Shown here piece after piece: positions 59,846-64,000 of a stretch of 64,000 nucleotides of DNA. The translations under genes were made by a program, and so were the position numbers. The notes under the pieces were generated by a model. The model searched no databases, was not told the DNA's origin, and saw only the letters and a program-made list of their open reading frames with translations. Position 1 is the stretch's first letter. Every line of letters starts with the position of its first letter. The DNA comes from Octopus vulgaris (Eukaryota): the NCBI GenBank assembly GCA_951406725.2, contig OX597816.1, forward strand, positions 100,812,001 through 100,876,000. Reading direction: 5' to 3'.

Positions 59846-59956
59846 CTCTCTCTCTCTCTCTCTCTCTTTCTTCTCTCTCTCTCTCTCTTTCTTCACCTCT
59901 CTCTCTCTCTCTCTCTTTCTTCACCTCTCTCTCTCTCTTTCTTCTCTCTCTCTCTC
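59774..59956. repeat. Long (CT)n microsatellite with recurring tttcttc interruptions
   Basis: Direct reading. Confidence 0.95.
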
Positions 59957-60277
59957 ATTATTATGAGGACATTCCTGGAGAAAGAAGGTGCTGAATATTA
60001 TGAGACAGCTACAATGATTTTAATGTTGAGATTTAAATAATCAATAAGTATCCAGATTCATCCTCCCCATGCCATGAGATTAGACATTTGTGGTTAACAG
60101 GAATATCCCATATATTTGATTCATTTATAAAAAGTTATTTAAAAAAAGCTATATTACTATTTCAATATTCATTCTCCTCATTTAAAACTTAGCATTTCTA
60201 AAAAGTAAAATAGAGGAAGGGAAGCTTGTGTAATTGCAACAAAAACACAAGAAAATAACCCTTGAATTGAATTATAA

Positions 60278-60429
60278 ATGTGTGTGTGTGTGTGTGTGTG
60301 TGTTGGCGTTGGCTTGGTTGCCTAGCCAGCAGGATGGCATCATTCAAAAGCTAAAATGATGCAAACTACATCTGATAGTCTAATCCAACATGTGAGAATG
60401 TGATAATATGTGCGAATGTGTGTGTATCA

Positions 60430-60504
<75 letters not shown>

Positions 60505-60536
60505 CATCTCATATATCTTATGTAGATATCTATATA

Positions 60537-60584
<48 letters not shown>

Positions 60585-60725
60585 CATGTGTGTGTCTGTA
60601 GATATGTTCAACATAGATATATATTGTATTTGCGTGCATATATGTATATATATTTACTCACACATCATATAGATATATATATATTCATATACATTTATTC
60701 ATGTGTGTGTGTATCTATGTATAAA
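60278..60725. repeat. (TG)n, (TA)n and (CT)n microsatellite cluster
   Basis: Direct reading; explains the YIYI-type ORFs here. Confidence 0.9.
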
Positions 60726-63122
60726 TATATAAGACATTTGTTTCATGTTCTTGGAGGGTTGGATATTGCAAGTTATTTGTTGTCCCTGCCCCTTGTCCAG
60801 TATTCTTAATTCAAAAGCTACCCATATCATCTTTACCTTTCACACTTTTAGTGTTGATAGAAGTTGCAGCGTTTGTGCAAAGTTTCAGAGAATACATTTC
60901 TGTTCTCTACAGCTGCAATAAATTATTGACCAAGTCAATTAAATTATTGGCACATTCTGTAGTGATCTCATCTCAGCTATCCCATGTCAAGATAGATAAT
61001 TTTAAACTTTGGATGATGATGAAGATGGTGATGATGTTAATTCCATATTGCATATATGTCTACATATACATGTATTTATGTTTTTAAGTATATAAGAGCT
61101 TTGTGATTCACTAAAAAGTTTAACCAGTTTTCAACATTTTGTCCATCAATCTTATTTTGGTTTCAAAATGTCATTGAAAAATTACATACCAAAGTTACTT
61201 AAATAAGAGATGCTCAGTACTTTTATATGTTAGTTACAAAGAATGAAGTCAGAAAACTCTTTCATTCCTGTTCAATCTCTAAATCTTTGTATTGAAAGAA
61301 TGTATTTCTTAGATTTATTTTCATACTATCTTAAATTTCATATAGCATATATTTTCAAGTTCAATATCTATATTGTCTGGTATTGTCAAAAAATGCAACA
61401 GAAGCATATACTAAATAGTTTAGAATTGTTTGAATTATTTAGTTTCTCCCAAAATGGAAAGCTGAATGTCACTTAGCATAATTTGCTGACAAGTTTAAAT
61501 GAATTAGACTTGATATGGAACTGAAGAAATTCCCTAATATCTTAAAGCAAAATATTACTCTTGCTTTAGAGGTTGAATATCTCAAACAGCTTTCTTTAAA
61601 ATTATTATGTGGATATGAATACTAGCACAGGGTGTTTATTGCTAATTGGTGTAAGAATTGACCACTCATGGGCATATCTCCATGATCCCAGCTCTAAATT
61701 CAAAATTCCTTCTTATTGTATCAAGAGTAGTTAAAACAATGTTATATTTCTAGTATCAAACACAGTAAAAATCATTTTGCACGGTGGTACAAATAATTAA
61801 GAAAAAGAGTAACAAAAGAAAGATTACAAGAGTGAGCATCACTTTTACTTTCATTTCAAAATGTTTCTGTAAGAAGGGTTATACAATAATTTGATTGTTT
61901 ATTAATTTATTAAACTACTGATACCTTTAGATTAAAGCTTGTTAATGGTTTTGGACCTTTATAAGATATTCTCCTAAAAATAAAGTGAAATATATAGATA
62001 TATTCATAAGTCAAACTATTGTAAATAACAGTTTGTGAAGGTGGATGAACAAGACAATGACAGTTCAATTTTCTTATCAGTTGTGCATTAATTGGCAGCA
62101 TTTTTTATAAACAGTTTCCTCAGTACATTATTTACTGCAACAACTGATCATACCAACTGAAGCAATGTGACAATATCAGAAAACTTTCTAAACTTGATAA
62201 AAATTTTAATTTTTCTTTTTTATCATCATCAAGGAGGTTTCAAGTTGATAAATACAATGTAGAACATCCTTTATTGACCGACAGCTAAAACAAAAGAAAA
62301 AAAAAAAGAAAAATCTGCAAAGTGTTGTATATTCAATAGGTGAATTTATATTTCATGTTGTGCAATTATATATTTGTGCAGCAATCAACAGTGTGCATAT
62401 AATGTATGTGCAGTGAGTGCATGTATGTATAGCTTGTATGTTCAATCTTAGTGGAGAATAATGATTAAAATTAAGGAAGAAACACTGAAGTTATCCTGTG
62501 ATATTAGAGGTTGGGTTTCTCTTAAGTTCTTGGTTAACTTATTTCATTTGATAGTTATTCTCTATCAAAGCTTTACTGCTATCATTCTGCTGACAGAACC
62601 TCATATTCCTATTTCTTCCAGAGAATTTTTATATTTCTCTGTTTCGATCCCTGGAAGATCAAATCTTGAAGATCATTTCATTATTGCGATTAGCTTTGTT
62701 TTCAATATTTTAACTCTCCTGGTTGAATTTTAGTTTCATAAATAGTTATTTAAGAAAGAAACCTATGTAGGTGAAATTATCTATCAGTATCATCTGAAAT
62801 ATATTAAAGAAAAGTTTTGATACCAGCAGACTGAACTGGAAATTAACTTCTGTTCTTCTTTGTATTAATATTTTTATATTTTTTAAAAAAGAATATCATA
62901 TTTTCAGGAGGTATTTCACAAATCAAAGACAAAAAAGTAATCATAATTTCCAGATGGAAACAAACTTTTAGGAAATGAATTTTTAAAAATTTATATTAAC
63001 AAATACATTGGGATAGATTGCAAAGAGTTTAACATGAGACATCATGCAGAAAATTAAGTGTTTCATTAATTGTCTTCTCTTTTTATATATAATGTTAGTA
63101 TGTATGTGTACATATACATATG

Positions 63123-63162
<40 letters not shown>

Positions 63163-63749
63163 TGTATTACAGTTTGGTGTATTTTTTCAATGACTGCTTG
63201 ACCATTAAAAATTTGCCACCAAAATCAACATCATGTATTGCTAGTCTTTAGAGAACATAATTGTTTGTTCTGTTGTGTAAATTTATTTGATTTTGTGGAA
63301 AGTTTCTGGGCATGTCTACCCTTGTATGTATGTTTAAAACAATGTTACATTCCTGAATACTGACTGTACATAATTTATATGAAATATTTACTGTCAGTTT
63401 TTCATCTGTATCTGTCCCAAGTTTTCTTGCAGTATTCTTTATCTTGTTTTTCTTCTGTGTTTTCACCTGCCTTTGTCATGTTCTTTATCAAGCTATTGAT
63501 TCAGCTTTACAAATGTGGGATTCATTGCAAACCAAAATAGTTTATGTTTAATCATGGTGGGAGATGAAACAAAAACTATACTGTAGGAAATTATTTTAAA
63601 ATGACAAAATAATTACACAAACAAAATATATTACTTGAAGTAATCAAAATCTTGCTTAAAATAGATTAGCCTTTGACTTGCAACCATGACAGAAACTGGT
63701 GATGTGTCACATTAAGTAGATGAGTGCACATCCATAGTGATATATAACT

Positions 63750-63766
63750 GTATGTGTATATATATG

Positions 63767-63823
<57 letters not shown>

Positions 63824-63843
63824 GTAAATACATAAATATATAT
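63750..63843. repeat. (TA)n microsatellite
   Basis: Direct reading. Confidence 0.9.
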
Positions 63844-64000
63844 TTGTTCATCCCAAATAGAATGAAAATAAGCATGTCTTATTTAAGGTTTGGTTTTGTG
63901 CAATAAAATCTGTATTCAGTGTACTTCATGAGTATTTTTAAGAGAAAAAAAATGAAAGCTGGCATTTTTTTAAATCTCACACTTAATATCGGTTTGCATG

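Noticed and set aside
60366-60809. YIYI/CVCV-rich ORFs here and at 46211, 50841 and 63666
   Set aside because: Translations of dinucleotide microsatellites.

Overview
AT-rich eukaryotic genomic DNA. The repeat families (RTE LINEs with (CAT)n tails, tRNA-type SINEs) look like those of an octopus or other coleoid cephalopod; this is inferred, not proven. The window holds the 3' part of one + strand gene, a Tiam1/2 / still life (sif) Rac GEF. I reconstructed 12 GT-AG coding exons (12629-50808) with consistent phases, totalling 2532 nt or 843 aa plus stop, with domain order RBD-PDZ-DH-PH-tail. The 5' exons are probably upstream of the window. The introns carry many transposon copies: a young 5'-truncated RTE LINE with a PHD finger, RTE 3'-end fragments, SINEs, a MULE relic, a hAT MITE and CR1-group relics. 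The best leads are: (1) a ~525-bp intronic foldback whose two arms each carry a differently mutated minimal type I hammerhead ribozyme (Penelope pseudo-LTR-like); (2) an in-frame 15-nt microexon candidate (DEELR) inside the DH domain with neural splicing motifs; (3) further dsRNA-forming inverted repeats in the last intron and downstream of the stop. All alignments were done by eye, and repeat boundaries are approximate.
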